Shown here: piece by piece, positions 1 through 13,908 of the stretch
Layout: each line of letters starts with the position of its first letter
Numbering within the stretch: the stretch's first letter is position 1
Origin: Chiloscyllium plagiosum
Lineage: Eukaryota
Assembly: GCF_004010195.1 (NCBI RefSeq)
Contig: NW_025215112.1
Span: 7,903 to 57,929, forward strand
Length of the DNA stretch: 50,027 nt
Direction of reading: 5' to 3'
Program-made: the position numbers and the translations under genes
The notes under the pieces: model-generated
What the model saw: the letters and a program-made list of their open reading frames with translations, nothing else
Told to the model about the DNA's origin: nothing
The model's database searches: none

Positions 1-19
1 TTCTCCCACATATCCGGAG

Positions 20-250
20 CATTTTTTTAAGGATTGAAGGAATCTATCTCCTTATTGAAATCATTTAATGTTTTGTCCTGAATCAATTTCTGTGGTGGAG
101 AATTCCAAAGGTTCACCATTCTTTTGCTGAACAGTAAACAATCAGGTTCAATGTTATCGGTGTGTTGGGAAGACTGGTGAGCAGCAAGATTAATGATGAT
201 CCCATGAATGGAGTAGCCTTCGAGAGGGGCCGAGGGGCCTTCTTCAGCTT
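20..250 (-). mobile_element. CR1-clade LINE 3' fragment
   Basis: The minus-strand ORF ends FSKRMVNLWNSPPQKLIQDKTLNDFNKEIDSF, matching the CR1 ORF2 C-terminal pattern F.QRVV.LWN.LP...F...LD. Confidence 0.55.
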
Positions 251-2548
251 CCATTTTGCATGCTGACATGTCCCTTCGGCAGCATGTTCCAAAACTGTGA
301 TCCTTGAGTATAAGGGCGCACATGCATGTAAATGCTTCGCCTGAAAGCTCTCCTCCAAATCAGACTTTAACTTGACTCTCAACGTTTTCCCTGCCCGTTT
401 CCTCTTCCTCAATCACAGCCATGGGGCCCACTTCCTAACAGCACTGTGAATGTGCTAATACCACACAAACTTCAGCAATTCAAATAGACTGATGACAACT
501 GGTTTCTCAATGCGATATAAAAAGTCTGACACTTCCACACCTGTCTAGAGATTCAAACAACCACTGGAAGAATTGAAAATTATTTGAGGCACTTGTGTGT
601 CGACACAAGATGACATGGTTTCCTTTTGTGTGATTTGACTGTGTTTTCACTGAATGAACAGAGCTATTTCTTAATCATATAATAGGAATGAAGCTTCCCT
701 CATTTTTAGCAAGGCAATCACACATTATGTTTCTTTATTCAAGGGAAGTACAGTGTTAAATTAAAGAAATATGATGATTGGGATGTTTCAATTGGAAATT
801 GTCAGAGATTTAAAGTTTACTTTCATGAGTAATTAATTCCAGCCTCATTGTGTCACAGTACTCACAGGAATGTCTTTCAGAAATGGTGTTTCCCTTTGTT
901 ACGGGCAGTCGAATCAGTAAATCTGGGATCGTGTTTGCTTGTTAATCAAAGGTGTTGAAGAGTTTTAGCCAAAGGGAGACCTGTGGATTTAGCTCACAGA
1001 TGCTCCATGATCTAAGTAAGTGGTGGAACAGCTCGAGGGGCTGAGTGCCCTCCTCTTGCTCCCACCTTCCTATCATTGTGTCATTCATTAAGCTAGCGCT
1101 GGCAGTGAACACTTTTTATTAAAATATTTCAACAAATTAATTGTTTCACACATGCTGTAAAAAAACCTTCTGTTGATTATTTGGAACGGGATAATTGACA
1201 TTCTCTATTTGAGTGATCAAAATAACTTGCACCCCAATTACAGCAGCCACTGCACTCTGGAGTGTGTTGTTACTTCACCATAGTTTCTTGTGAAACTACA
1301 GCTCGAGATCAGGGCGGTGAAATTCAATGATTCTCTGATATTTAATATCTCTGAACATTCGCAATTTGTTCAAATGCATCTTTTCTCTGAAGAACGTGTT
1401 TCATCGAACACAACTTTTTTTTCACGAAACAACAAACTTTAAATGCTAGTAAACCAACATAAAGACAGAAATTTCTGAAGAAACTCAGCAGGTCTAGCAG
1501 CTCCTGTGGAGAGAAGGCAAGATTAACCTTTCGCATCCAGAGACCCGCCCCACCCCCCACCCCGCTCTTCACCAAATTGTTTTCATGTTTTTGGCACAAG
1601 AGCTCACACCTGTTGAGATAAACAGTGATTACGTTGGCTTGACTCCTGTTGGAAAAAGAATTCTTAGCAGAGGTACTGGACGGTCTGAAATAGTAATTGA
1701 AGACCAACTGAAAAACTATCACCATCTGCTGCAAGTGTTGGATTCAGCGGAACTCCCACCGTACTGAACAATCAATTTCAGCTACCGCACTGGTTTAATA
1801 TAAAGTAAAACAGTCGAAGCATAATCTCATCAAATATGCTTTGAAAATGATTCATTCTGGATTAGTTATAAATGATATTGTCATAACAGCAAGTCAAAAG
1901 CTGGGATTTCTTTGAGCACTTACTCCATTAACCCCATCTAGCGATGCCCAAACGCTTGTGAACAAATATTGATCTGGAAAAAGCTGCTAACCACCAAAAT
2001 TATGTTTAATATCTAAGAGACACAAGTCAGGACAGCGATTGAATAGATTTCATTGGCCTCTGGGAGTGGAATTCCAACAAACACCCAGACATGTAAATCT
2101 GCTTTCTTGCACTGAAGTAACCTGATAAGAGATTGTGTTACATACCTCTCTAACAGGTTGTAAGTGAACACAGGCCACCTGGCACAGAATCAGGGACTCT
2201 ACTACAACATCACAACAGACCTGAACTCAATGAGCTTGACACTATCACAGAGAACACAGCCCACCTGTTTTGACAGTCCATAAACCATGTTAGTTATTAA
2301 CACCTTCCAACAACCAGGGATTGTTCCAGAATGTTTGTACAATGAAAGTAACATTTCAACATTTATCGAAGAATGCTTTGACAGCAGCTCCAAATTGTTC
2401 AAACTCTATGGGAACTACAGAGGAATAAATCTAGGAATTGCATTGCCATCAATTCACTGTCACTGGATTCCAACCTAGAACTTCCTCTTTTCCCTGTGAA
2501 TGTTGCTGCACCAGACGGTCTGCTTAGTTTGGAAAAGATTAAAATGAT

Positions 2549-4540
2549 TTGAAGTGTAATATGACCGTTGCCAGTGACATTAAAAGCTGATAATAGGTTT
2601 TCAAATAATAAGATGCAAAACAATTCTACATTGTGCCACGAAACAAGTCCTGCATAACTGAGGCACAAAGAAAATATGCAGCATATTTCCCTCTGCCTCG
2701 CTCAATCAAATATCTCTTGTTGTCAACAACCAATTTCAAAACTCTTGATATTTGCCTTTTGTTCCTGAAACGTTCGTTCTGATTGGAACAATTGAGTCAG
2801 GGCTCTCAATTCTGAGGCACCTAATCGAATATTGTATTTCTGGCAGATAAAAGTGGTTTTGAAGTGCGAGATGAAATTGAACTGTCTGAGATTCAGGTAT
2901 CCGAACTGGACAATTTACAAATGGTCAGGACCATTGACAAGTTAGTCGGAGATAGCACAGAAACAAACTGCACAACAGACTTAATCCTAGAGGATAGATT
3001 GCTCAACTCCTCACGTCAACTATATTCACTGTAATTGAACATTCATCAGAGGAACTAACCAGAAGATTAATGTGAATGAGAATGTGTTCACAATGAACAT
3101 AAATAACCACTGAGTTAATAAACTTAATAAGTCATTGTATTTAACAAAATTATTGAGGTGTGAAATATCGCCAATTAAAGCACAGATCCGGAGGAAATGG
3201 ATTATTCTCTAAATTATTTTTACATATTCTTAAAACGTTCCTTGAACTGTGGAGATGTTGCATGCATTGCATAAAGTCAATACTTCATTCCAGTGTGGAA
3301 AGCATTTCTGTTGAATGAATTAGGGCAAGGTTATTTTCTTGTTAACTGCTTTTAATGAACGAAAATGTTTAAAAAGGTATGAATTGAAAACATGCTTCTA
3401 TCTGGAGTTGCCCGCTTTAGCGGTTGTCTAAGTAAATGTGGGCACTGCTGCCTCACAGATCCAGGTACCCAGGCTCGGTTCCAGCCTCGGGTGACTGCCT
3501 ATGTGGAGTTTACACAATCTCCCCTGTGTCTGTATGGATTTCCTCCCACAATCCTTGAAGTGTAATATGACCGTTGCCAGTGACATTAAAAGCTGATAAT
3601 AGGTTTTCAAATAATAAGATGCAAAAAAATTCTGATTCTACATTGTGCCACGGAATATGTCCTGCATAACTGAGGCACAAAGAAAATATGCAGCAAATAT
3701 CTCTTGTTGCCAACAACCAATTTCAAAACACTTGGTATCTGCCTTTTGTTCCTGAAACGTTCGTTCTAATTGGAACAACTTATTCAGGGCTCTCAATTCT
3801 GGGGCACCTAATCGAATATTGTATTTCTGGCAGACAAAAGTGGTTTTGAAGCGCGAGGTGAAATTGAACTGTCTGAGATTCAGGTATCCGAACTGGACAA
3901 TTTACAAATGGTCAGGACCATTGACAAGTTAGTCGGAGATAGCACTGAAACAAACTGCACAACAGACTTAATCCTAGAGGATACATTGCTCAACTCCTCA
4001 CGTCAACTATATTCACTGTAATTGTACATTCATCAGAGGAACTAACCAGTAGATTAATGTGAATGAGAATGTGTTCACAATGAACATAAATAACCACTGA
4101 GTTAATAAACTTAATAAGTCATTGTATTTATCAAAATTATTGAGGTGGGAAATATCGCCAATTAAAGCACAGATCCGGAGGAAATGGATTATTCTCTAAA
4201 TTATTTTTACATATTCTTAAAACGTTCCTTGAACTGTGGAGATTTTTGCATGCACTGCATAAAGTCAATACTGCATTCCAGTGTGGAGAGCATTTCTGTT
4301 GAACGAATTAGGGCAAGGCCATTTTCTTGTTAACTGCTTTTAATGAACGAAAATGTTTAAAAAGGTATGAATTGAAAACATGCTTCTGTCTGGAGTTGCC
4401 CGCTTTAACAGAAGTCTAAGTAAATGTGGGCACTGCTGCCTCACAGATCCAGGTACCCAGGCTCGGTTCCAGCCTCGTGTGACTGCCTATGTGGAGTTTA
4501 CACAATCTCCCCTGTGTCTGTGTGCGTTTCCTCCCACAAT
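2549..4540 (+). repeat. ~1-kb direct tandem duplication (2549-3552 / 3555-4540)
   Basis: Both copies start ttgaagtgtaatatgaccgttgccagtg and end tttcctcccacaat. They are near-identical with scattered substitutions and small indels. Confidence 0.95.
3425..3552 (+). mobile_element. HE1-type SINE, 5' part, truncated at the duplication breakpoint
   Basis: gcactgctgcctcacag...tgtggagttt...tttcctcccaca, the same as the fuller copy at 4416-4690. Confidence 0.75.
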
Positions 4541-4690
4541 TCAAAGATGTGCATGTCAGGTGAATTGGTCATGCTGTATCGTCCATAGTGTTAGTTGCAT
4601 TAGTCAGGGGTAAATATAGGGTAGGGGAATGGATCTGGCTGGGTTACTCTTCAGAGGGTCGGTGTCGACTTGTTGGACCAAATGGCCTGT
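4416..4690 (+). mobile_element. HE1-type tRNA-derived SINE (diverged)
   Basis: Colinear with the younger copies at 33502-33798 and 40953-41250 (gcactgctgcctcacag, aggtgaattgg, gacttgttgg...ggcctgt). Confidence 0.85.
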
Positions 4691-5162
4691 GCGAAATAAT
4701 GAGGAGCATGGAATTACAGATTGAAGGAGACATTTGCTCTTGATCGATCACGGGTTTGTAGATTTCAGACAAGATGCAGGAAGCTTTGACTGGACTGGTA
4801 GGAAAACTTTGTCAGTCAGCAAGTGATAGACTCTGGAACTCACTCTCTCTTAAGATCAGTTGGACAGTTCACCCTTCATTCTTCTCTGATTCCACTGGCC
4901 AAAGAGTTTCGAAAAATGCTCAAAGCCGACCATTCCCGCGAGCAACAGTTATTCGATCGATAACTTTATGAAATGGAAAGGTGTCCATGAGTAACGTGTG
5001 AGACTATTCGGCTTCCCTCCTGTGAAGACGCTGAAACATTGACTCTCACGTTCTTGTGGACATTTAATGAAGGCATTCTTATTACTGCAGATTAGGAACT
5101 CATACCATATTTCGACTTCAGGAAAATCAGTTTTTTTGCTTATTAGAAGTCTGCACAACCTC

Positions 5163-5235
5163 CGAGCCAGGTAGGATTCTAACCTGCAATGCCCTGATTC
5201 ATCGGCAGATGCGTTATCCATTGCGCCACTGGCCC
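5163..5235 (-). pseudogene. tRNA-Arg(ACG)-derived pseudogene
   Basis: The reverse complement gggccagtggcgcaatggataacgcatctg...aggttagaatcctacctggctcg matches vertebrate tRNA-Arg-ACG (GGGCCAGTGGCGCAATGGATAACGCGTCTG...CTGGCTCG). The anticodon arm and T-loop are mutated. Confidence 0.85.
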
Positions 5236-7488
5236 AACGCACGCGCATGACCTTAAGAGCCGTGATGTTAACACGGACCTGATTATTAGCAGTCATGTTC
5301 ACCAGTTGAACAAGCGATAAAGAAAATCACTGTCGCTCCTTCAGTCCAATCTTCATCAACATTCAAAGCAGCGAACTTTCCAAAAAAAAATGCATATGTC
5401 CTCATGAAGTTTCCATTCACACTCTGTCTGAACAGTCATTCAATGGAATCACTGCTGATCTCATGGATTTCGAATCCACTTCTTCACCATATATGACGTG
5501 AACGTAAGCTTCATCAACACCACCTATATAACATTTATTTTCAGGGGTTTCGATTACAGTAACGATCTTTGCGAGTATGCAGGCAAGTGAATACTGTGAA
5601 CCGACCAAAAAACAATCCCTTCATGGAAATTAATACTGTGCAAAGTCAACCATTTAAGGATGGGCAGATGACGTAAAAATCCTCTGCTTCTCTCTGCACA
5701 GATGGTTCCCCAAGAATTGACTCTTTGGAGAATTCTTCTTTGTAATTTAGACTGTCCCAGTTGCAGATATTCTCTCAATCCACAAACAAATGTCCTGCTG
5801 AAAGCTGCTTCACTTAAGCTTAAAACAGTTGACTATATTTTCTCCCAGCTGATGTCCCAATGTGCCCTGCTCCATGTCAATACAAGTTCTTTCAGGTGAA
5901 ATTGGAATTCCCAGCCTGATGTCCCACTGCTTCTTGATGCGTTGGAAATGAAGCCGCTGTCGTTAAGGCTGGAGCTTTTAGCCTCGATATTTCAGGTGCC
6001 TCTGTATCATCACATAATGGCATTCCGCTCACTGACTGCATTTTTGCAGCTACATACTTGCTTTCATCGCCATCACCATTTCCAAATAGTTTTCGGTGCA
6101 ATGCGACTCAATTTCTCTGATTTCACGCCTGGGAACTGGGATTATGTGACATGTCATTATAGGATTACGTCAAGGAGTGAGGAAATTGGTGAAGTTACCG
6201 ATGTAAAATACAGTGTTATTGAGAAATATATTTCAGCAATGCCCTGCAGTATCCAATGACCCTTTTTTAGTTTTGTCGATATCTCGCAACCGTAATCTCA
6301 TACAACCTCAGTGTTGCAATTCCTACAGTCTCTCGGGACATAGAAGTTAAAGATTCAACTGAATCTGAGTTCCCACATCTCAGTCACTGTTTGACAAGTA
6401 TTCATTCGTGCGTGTGGTTCTGTTCCTGATCACAGTGACAGCAATCGGCATTTTTCACGTTTTTCTCCATGTAATATGTGCTCATCAAACGCTGAGAACA
6501 TCAATCTTTGTTTAACATAAAAATACTCTTCGTAGTGATAAATTTCCTTCTTCAAACACCCACTGTCTCACATCTTTGCGTTTCAAATATCATAACCACC
6601 CTTTATGGGAGAGCTCTCTCTCTCCCACATTAACTCATACTCTTAAACGTTCACCCTCCCATTTCACTGAGGTATTGCACAATATAATACTCACATTTAC
6701 ACTGTTCATTCTGTACTGCTGCGGTCACTGTTTTGGGTGAAAGTGCCCCAATCCCATGGTCGGCATCTTCAAGCAATTCAACCCATTTAGATGCAGCTGT
6801 TCTGTGATTCATTCTCGTGGAGCAGTTTTTCTTGACACGGACAAGAGATTACTGGGACATCGGCCTCAGCATAAGAGCACAGCGCAATATTGAGCAAAAG
6901 ATGTTTTATTGCAAAAGACAAGTTTCTGTGGCTTTCTACAGTCATTTATTTCATTTGTTCATTCGGTTCCCCCGAAATATTGCCTGCAGTCTTGCAATTC
7001 ACATTACAGTCGTCATGTGATCTCACTGGAAACCGTGCAGAAATTTACCAAGTTGAAAAGTTTAGGTTATGAAGACAGATTGTTTTGACTGTGGTCGTTT
7101 TCTTAAGGCAGAGGAAACTGTGAGGATACATGTTTCATATGCACTAAATAATGAGCGACATTGACAAGGCAGACTAAAAGAAACGTTTCCTCTTGACCGA
7201 TCAACAGGGGCGTAGACTGAAGTGAAGAGGTGGAAAGGGTTGAGGAGGTATGCAGAAAAATCTCATCAGCAAGCGGATGGTTGAATCTGGAGTTCACTGT
7301 CTGTAAGGATGCACAGAGGCGAAACCACATAACTTTCAGAAATACACGGATCTGAACTTGAGATGTTAATGCACGTAAGACCAAGAGATAAAAATGAATA
7401 AAGACAGTCAAGAGATTGCTTCTGACGAAAGCATGTACAACGAGCTTGAGGGCTGTCATTCTACATATACGTGGTATTTGTGTCGCTG

Positions 7489-7561
7489 TCAGTGGTGAGC
7501 TAGCAGTTACATTTTTTTCGCTTTCTTCGCTGTGACCCGGCTTTGAGTCTCCGACCAGGAG
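7489..7561 (+). pseudogene. tRNA-Glu-derived relic
   Basis: tcagtggtgagctag...cgctttcttcgctgtgacccggctttgagtctccgaccagg aligns to TCCCTGGTGGTCTAG...CGCTTTCACCGCCGCGGCCCGGGTTCGATTCCCGGCCAGG. Its downstream flank is shared with the other Glu relics. Confidence 0.6.
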
Positions 7562-8660
7562 TCGGGGTTTGTTTTGTTCCTGACAGCGCCATCAGCAAAA
7601 GCAGACCACCTGCATGGGGAGTGCTTTTAATACCTCGGATAATTAAGTACACCGTGAAATGAGAGACGATGTCCCAGCCTCTTAAAGAATGGGGATGGTG
7701 CCTCGGCAGTCTCTGCTCATGTAGACAGTTCACTTTCCAGTCTCCTCTAATTCCGCTTCCTAAAGATTTTCCCATGTTTATCAAAGTTGAGACTAGGCTC
7801 TGTGTCTTGTTTCCTTGACAATCGCTGGTGCCAAAGTGAACCTCGAAAAGTTTGCATATGCAAAGGGCAGCGTGAGCGACGAATTCAGCTTCCCCTCCAG
7901 TGATGACTCTGGGATATTGACTCTGACGTTCGCAGGGACATTTAATGAAGGGAGTCTCGGAGGCTTCTACCCATCCCACGATCAGTAACCCAGCTTTAGA
8001 TCACTCCTCCAATTTCACTGAGGCATTTGTCAATCAAGCACTCGCATTGACATTGTTCAGTCTGTGCAGCTTCAGTCAATGTTGTTGGGGAAACGTGACC
8101 CAATCCCACAATGAGGACCCAAAAACCAGTCGATCTATTTACATACTGCTTATGATCAGTGATCAGTGATCAGTGCTCACGTAACAGTTTTTACTGACAT
8201 GTACCTGAGATTTCTGGAACATCAGGCTCAGGAAAAGAACACATTGCAGTATTTAACAAAGGATTTTTTTTGGAAACGATCTGTTTCTCTGATCTAATTT
8301 CAATGGAGAAAAGGAGATTGTGATGATACATGATTGAAATGTGCTAAGCAATGAGAGATAAAGAAATGTTTCCTATTGGTCAAACAGCAAGGGGTGTAGA
8401 CTAAATGTAAGATGCAGAAAGTTTTCAGTAGATGAGCATGAAATACTTTATCAACTAGTGGTGGTGGATAAATCTGCAACTCATTGTGATGAAATCAACA
8501 CAACCTTCAGAGGTATTCAATCTGTATTTGTGATGTTAAGGCAGACAAGGCAAAGGGATGGAAAATGCAATTAATATCGTCAAGCCGTTGTTTCTGCCAA
8601 GAACCCGTCCAACACGTTTGAGGTCTCACACTCTACCTGTGCGTCTGATCACTGTACTCG

Positions 8661-8732
8661 TCTTAGATGGTGTAGTGTTTCTGAATGTGCACTTTTACCA
8701 CTGCAGTCCGGCTTAAATTCCCAGTAAGGGCT
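8661..8732 (+). pseudogene. tRNA-Glu-derived relic
   Basis: tcttagatggtgtagtg...cttttaccactgcagtccggcttaaattcccagtaaggg aligns without gaps to tRNA-Glu. Confidence 0.6.
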
Positions 8733-9146
8733 ATTTTGTTCGGCATCAACATCATGGGCATCTGTGATAGGATTCCTTTCAATGCTTCGAATCAATCAAT
8801 GTCGCTACGAATAACAGTGTCAATGCCCCAGCCTCTTAAAGAAGGAGAAGGTGCCTCGTCACTCCATCAACCAACATGAGGCTGAGATATTTTGTTTCCT
8901 TGCCATTTCGAGAAGCCGCAGCGATTGGGTCGTTCGCTCTGTGAAATTGAAAAGTGCCGATTCGCAGTATGTGGGACTATTTGGTCTTCCGTACTTGTGA
9001 TGATGCTGCAACATTGACTGCGCTGTCATCCGGGACGTGTACTGAAAGAGATTCTCGTGTCAGCATATCAGGAACTCAAACATCATCTCGGCTCAGAACA
9101 ATGAGGAAGATTAGGTGGTGACTGTAAAAAATCCCTGCGTTAATCT

Positions 9147-9219
9147 CGAGTTGGAGGGGAGTGAAACCTACAATGTTCTGATCTGGAGTCAGGCACTTTA
9201 GAATTTGCGCCACTTGCCC
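9147..9219 (-). pseudogene. tRNA-Arg(ACG)-derived relic
   Basis: cgag...acctacaatgttctgatc...ttgcgccacttgccc is colinear with 5163-5235, and both flanks are homologous. Confidence 0.6.
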
Positions 9220-9525
9220 CACATGTGCTTCACACTTTCATGCTTCAGAGTTGTGATGTTTACATGGACAGGCAAAATAATAGTCAAATTCAACAATTTA
9301 ACCAGGAAAGAAAATCACCACAACTGCGTCAGTCCAACCCTCCCTACTTTGTGTTTCAGCACGATGCATAATGAAAACATACCTGTCATGATGAAGCTTC
9401 CATTAAGCCTTTTGTCTGTTCAGCTTATTGAATGGGATAATCGCTGATCCTGTAAATTTCAACATTAGTTTTTTGCTCTTCCTCCATAAATCAAGATAAA
9501 CTCGAGCAGAATGGCAACATCAAAT

Positions 9526-10445
9526 AGAGTCATAGAGTCATAGAGATGTACAGCATGGAAACAGACTCTTTGGTATTATTCGTCCATGCTGACCAGATAT
9601 CACAAGCCAATCTAGTCCGTATCCCTCCAAACCCTTCCTATTCGTATATCTATCCAAATGCCTGTTAAATGTTGCAATTATACCAGCCGACACCACTTCC
9701 TCTGGCTGCAACTTCCATACATTTATCACTCTCTGCATGAAAACGTTGCCCCCCGTCGGTCTCATTTTTTCTTTCCACTTTCACACTAAACCTTTAATTT
9801 TGGACTCACAGAACCCATGGAAAAGACTTTTTTCTATTTACCTTATCTATGACCCACATAATATTGAAAAACTCTAAGAAGTCACCCATCAGCCTCCGAC
9901 ACTCCAGTGAAAACAGTCCAAGCCTGTTAAGCCTCTCCCTATATCGGAAATCCTCCAGCCCTGGCATTTTTTTTCTGAACCCTTTGAAGTTTCATAACTA
10001 CTTTCGGATAGGAAGGAGACCGGAAGTGCACGCAATATTCCAACAGTGGCCTAACCAATGTCTTATACAGCCGCAACATGACCTCCCAAATCATGTACTC
10101 AATACTCTGATCAATAAATGAAAGCATACCAAACGCCTTCTTCATTATCCTATCTACCTGCGACTCCACTTACNNNNNNNNNNNNNNNNNNNTGCTTTGA
10201 TTTGCTTTCCCAAAATGCAGCACCTCACATTTATCTGAATTAAACTTCTCAGCCGATTGGCCCAAATGGTCAAGATCCTGTCGTAATCTGTGGTAACTCT
10301 CTTCGCTGTCCACTGCACTCCAATTAAATGACAAAAAGTCGAGGACGCAACACCGATCCTTGTAGCACTCCACTGGTCACGGAACTCCAGCCTGAAAAAC
10401 AACCCTGCAGCACCATCCTCTGTCCTCTCCCTTTGAGCTAATTTT
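9526..10445 (-). mobile_element. CR1/HER1-like LINE, 5'-truncated, with (TGACTCTA)n tail
   Basis: Peptides KKAFGMLSFIDQSIEY...LRLYKTLVRPLLEYCV, FNSDKCEVLHFGK and FMQRVINVWKLQPEEVV. The 8-bp tail repeat atagagtcatagagtcatagag is at ~9526. Confidence 0.92.
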
Positions 10446-11379
10446 CTACCGTTAATGTTTTGAAGTTTAGTTTGCTTCAATGACTTGCGTGGGTTTTCAG
10501 GAAATTTAATAACATGACACGAGATGAAAATCGCTTGCTGCAATTTCACCAAATACGCAGTCAGTCTTATGATAAAAGTCAGAAAAGGAAAATATTACCA
10601 GCGTTTCTTTCGGCATAGGTTCTCCTGTACGATCTGAATCTTTGCCACATTTTCCATTATTTTTCAGAGATTTCCATGGGACAGATATTCACTCAATCTA
10701 CAAACACGGTTCCTGTTAGATACTACTTTAATTCAGATTAAGATAACTGAACATCCTTTCTCCCAACTTGATGTCTCTTTGCTCCGTGCTCCTTCTCAAT
10801 ACAATCTGCTCCAGGTGAGGTTGGAACTTCTAGCCTACTGCCACAATGCCCCTTGCTTTATGCCAACTGAAGCTGATCCATTTGAGTTGGAGGTCCCAAT
10901 CTGATACCATACTGCTCCCTGTTCCATGTCAACAGAAGTTACTACAGGTGAGGTTGGAGTCCCAAAACCGGCATTTCATGGACCTTTATACCGTCACATC
11001 ATGCCCATTTCCAGTTTGATCTTCACTATTGCGCCACGCAGTCTCTCTAAGTTTAGCCCTGGGAACAAGAGATTATATGATATTCTGCAACACTGGTTAC
11101 TTATGCGGAATATGACACTTCTCCATTTCATATATCAGAATTCAAACCCACGCATTTTCAGTGATTTCCCTCCCTTCCATGGTCACTAACCCTCCTTTAC
11201 ATCGCTCCTCCCATTTTACTGAGCATTTTCAAAATCTAATGCACACAACGGCACTATTCTGTCTGTGCTGCTGCTGTCGCTTTTGATGGGTAGACGTGTC
11301 CCATCCCATCATCGGGACCTTGAAACCAGTCGATCCATTTCAATCCCGGTGATTGTGAAATCAATCCTCATGTCGGAGC

Positions 11380-11830
11380 CTTTACTGACATGGACTAGAA
11401 ATTACCTGCTAACAATTCGTCTTGAATTCCTGCCACTAAGCCAATGTGGCACCTCACTCGCTTGTTTCCATAAATGCCACAGACGTTAATCTTTTCAACA
11501 GTTTACCATGGTAAAATCAACACACAACATGTCATCCACAATCGTCTACTTCTTGTGCTATGTGGCTTTCAGTCTGAGGTTAAGCTGACTGGTTTGTGAT
11601 CTCGACTACCAAGATGCTCTCCCACTGCCATTCCTCCTACTGCCCAGCTTAAGTTCTCAAAACCAGCTTCACTATTGTGCCCCTCTAGTTGGTCTTGCAA
11701 TGACTGATCAAAACAGTGCTCTTGAAATGACTTCAGAAATGATTTCGCATTACATTGACGCACTACATTGAAGTTGTGCAAATCCCCTATTACTCCTACA
11801 CTTTTATTTGATCATTATTGAGAGATGAAC
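11380..11830 (-). mobile_element. Degraded CR1 ORF2 (endonuclease region) fragment
   Basis: Peptides FLKSFQEHCFDQ and VGEHLGSRDHKPVSL resemble the CR1 APE motif GEHLGxSDH. Confidence 0.6.
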
Positions 11831-13698
11831 TGCTATTAAACTCCATTATACCACTAAGTTGTTCGGGGCTCTGTGGCACCCTTCCAGCAGTGCCACCGCA
11901 TATTTTTGTTCCTTCCCGGATTTTTTACAGTCGCGTTTGATGTTCATTTTAATGCATAATTCCTCAGAACTACAATTTTTCTTTCTACCAAAATCGCCAG
12001 TCTTTTCATTTAAAGTCTCCTCTAATGATGTCAAAGAGGGAAAAAAATAAGATTTTCAGCATCAGATGAACTGAGATTCGGCCGAGTTATCAATTGTCAG
12101 TGTGTGGGGCACATGTGATCATGGTAATGATAAGATCCAACAGCGCACAATACCAGATTATAGACCAACAGGTTTATTTGGAGGCACTAGCTTTCGGAGA
12201 GCTGATACTTCGTCAGGTGGTTGTTGAAAATAAGATTGTTAGACACAGCTGATTCGTCCAATTAAACCTGTTGTACTATAACATGATGTTGTGTGATTTT
12301 TTTTAACTTTGTACACCCCAGCACAACAGTGGCATCTCCAAACGACTTAAAGAGTCGCCTGAATGTGCCTATGAAAAGCAAGTGTTCAGAGCAATATGGG
12401 CCAAGTGCTGGCAAATGTGACTGGATTAGGTTAGGATATCTCTTCGGCATGGGAAGTTTGGTCCAAATAATAATTTTCTGTTGTGTAAATCTCTACGATT
12501 GATCCACTGCTTTATTCTGCTTCGAAAGATCAGGCAGTATTGCTTGTTGATCACTTAAATCTTAACCANNNNNNNNNNNNNNNNNNNNNNNNNNNNNNNN
12601 NNNNNNNNNNNNNNNNNNNNNNNNNNNNNNNNNNNNNNNNNNNNNNNNNNNNNNNNNNNNNNNNNNNNNNNNNNNNNNNNNNNNNNNNNNNNNNNNNNNN
12701 NNNNNNNNTAAGCTGACTGGTTTGTGATCTCTACTACCAAGAAGCTGTCCCACTGCCATTCCTCCTACTGGCCAGCTTAAGTTCTCAAAACCAGCTTCAC
12801 TGTTGTGCCCCTCTAGTTGGTCTTGCCATGACTGATCAAAACATTGCTCTTGAAATGACTTCAAAAATCATTTCGCATTACATTGACGCACTACATTGAA
12901 GTTGTGAAAATCCCCTATTACTCCTACACTTTTATTTGATCATTATTGAGAGATGAACTGCTATTAAACTCCATTATACCACTAAGTTGTTCGGGGCTCT
13001 GTGGCACCCTTCCAGCAGTGCCACCGCATATCTTTGTTCCTTCGCTGAATTTTTACAGTCGCGTTTGATGTTCATTTTAATGCATAATTCCTCAGAACTA
13101 CAATTTTTCTTTCTACCAAAATCTCCAGTCTTTTCATTTAAAGTCTCCTCTAATGATGTCAAAGAGGGGAAAAAAATTAAGATTTTCAGCAGCAGATGAA
13201 CTGAGATTCGGCCGAGTTATCAATTGTCAGTGTGTGGGGCACATGTGATCGTGGTAATGATAAGATCCAACAGCGCACAATACCAGATTATAGACCAACA
13301 GGTTTATTTGGAGGCACTAGCTTTCGGAGAGCTGATACTTCATCAGGTGGTTATTGAAAATAAGATTGTTAGACACAGCTGATTCGTCCAATTAAACCTG
13401 TTGGACTATAACATGATGTTGTGTGATTTTTTTTAACTTTGTACACCCCAGTACAACAGTGGCATCTCCAAACGACTTAAATAGTCGCCTGAATGTGCCT
13501 ATGAAAAGGAAGTGTTCAGAGCAATATGGGCCAAGTGCTGGCAAATGTGACTGGATTAGGTTAGGATATCTGTTTGGCATGGGAAGTTTGGTCCAAATAA
13601 TAATTTTCTGTTGTGTAAATCTCTACGATTGATCCACTGCTTTATTCTGCTTCGAAAGATCAGGCAGTATTGCTTGTTGATCACTTAAATCTTAACCA
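11581..13698 (+). repeat. ~990-bp direct duplication flanking an N-gap (11581-12568 / 12709-13698)
   Basis: Near-identical copies offset by ~1128-1130 bp and separated only by 140 N, so this may be an assembly artefact. Confidence 0.85.
12146..12342. mobile_element. Partly palindromic PLE-tail mini-element (family B), duplicated at 13276-13472
   Basis: Inverted arms tatagaccaacaggtttatttgga / tccaattaaacctgttgtactata. Same family as 18462-18701, with a degenerate hammerhead motif on the minus strand at 12188-12217. Confidence 0.7.
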
Positions 13699-13908
13699 TT
13701 AAAATGCCAAGGCACCGATGGTATTAAATCCTAAAGATTAAACAACCAGGGAAGATCTCTTTTGATATCATCCTGGGACGATTCGATTCAGCATTGCTTT
13801 CTTTACATGATTTATTTAGCTCTGTTGAAACTTATTTGAAATTCCAGACTATTCAGTCATCTATTATACTGCAGTATTTAGATCATGGGCACCCCAACTT
13901 ACAGGTTT

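Noticed and set aside
5163..5235. Functional tRNA gene
   Set aside because: Even this well-preserved copy has a disrupted anticodon arm and T-loop (gttaga for GTTCGA), so all copies are called pseudogenes.
11581..13698. Biologically meaningful segmental duplication
   Set aside because: The copies end and start exactly at an N-gap, which is typical of unmerged allelic contig ends. It cannot be trusted without long reads.
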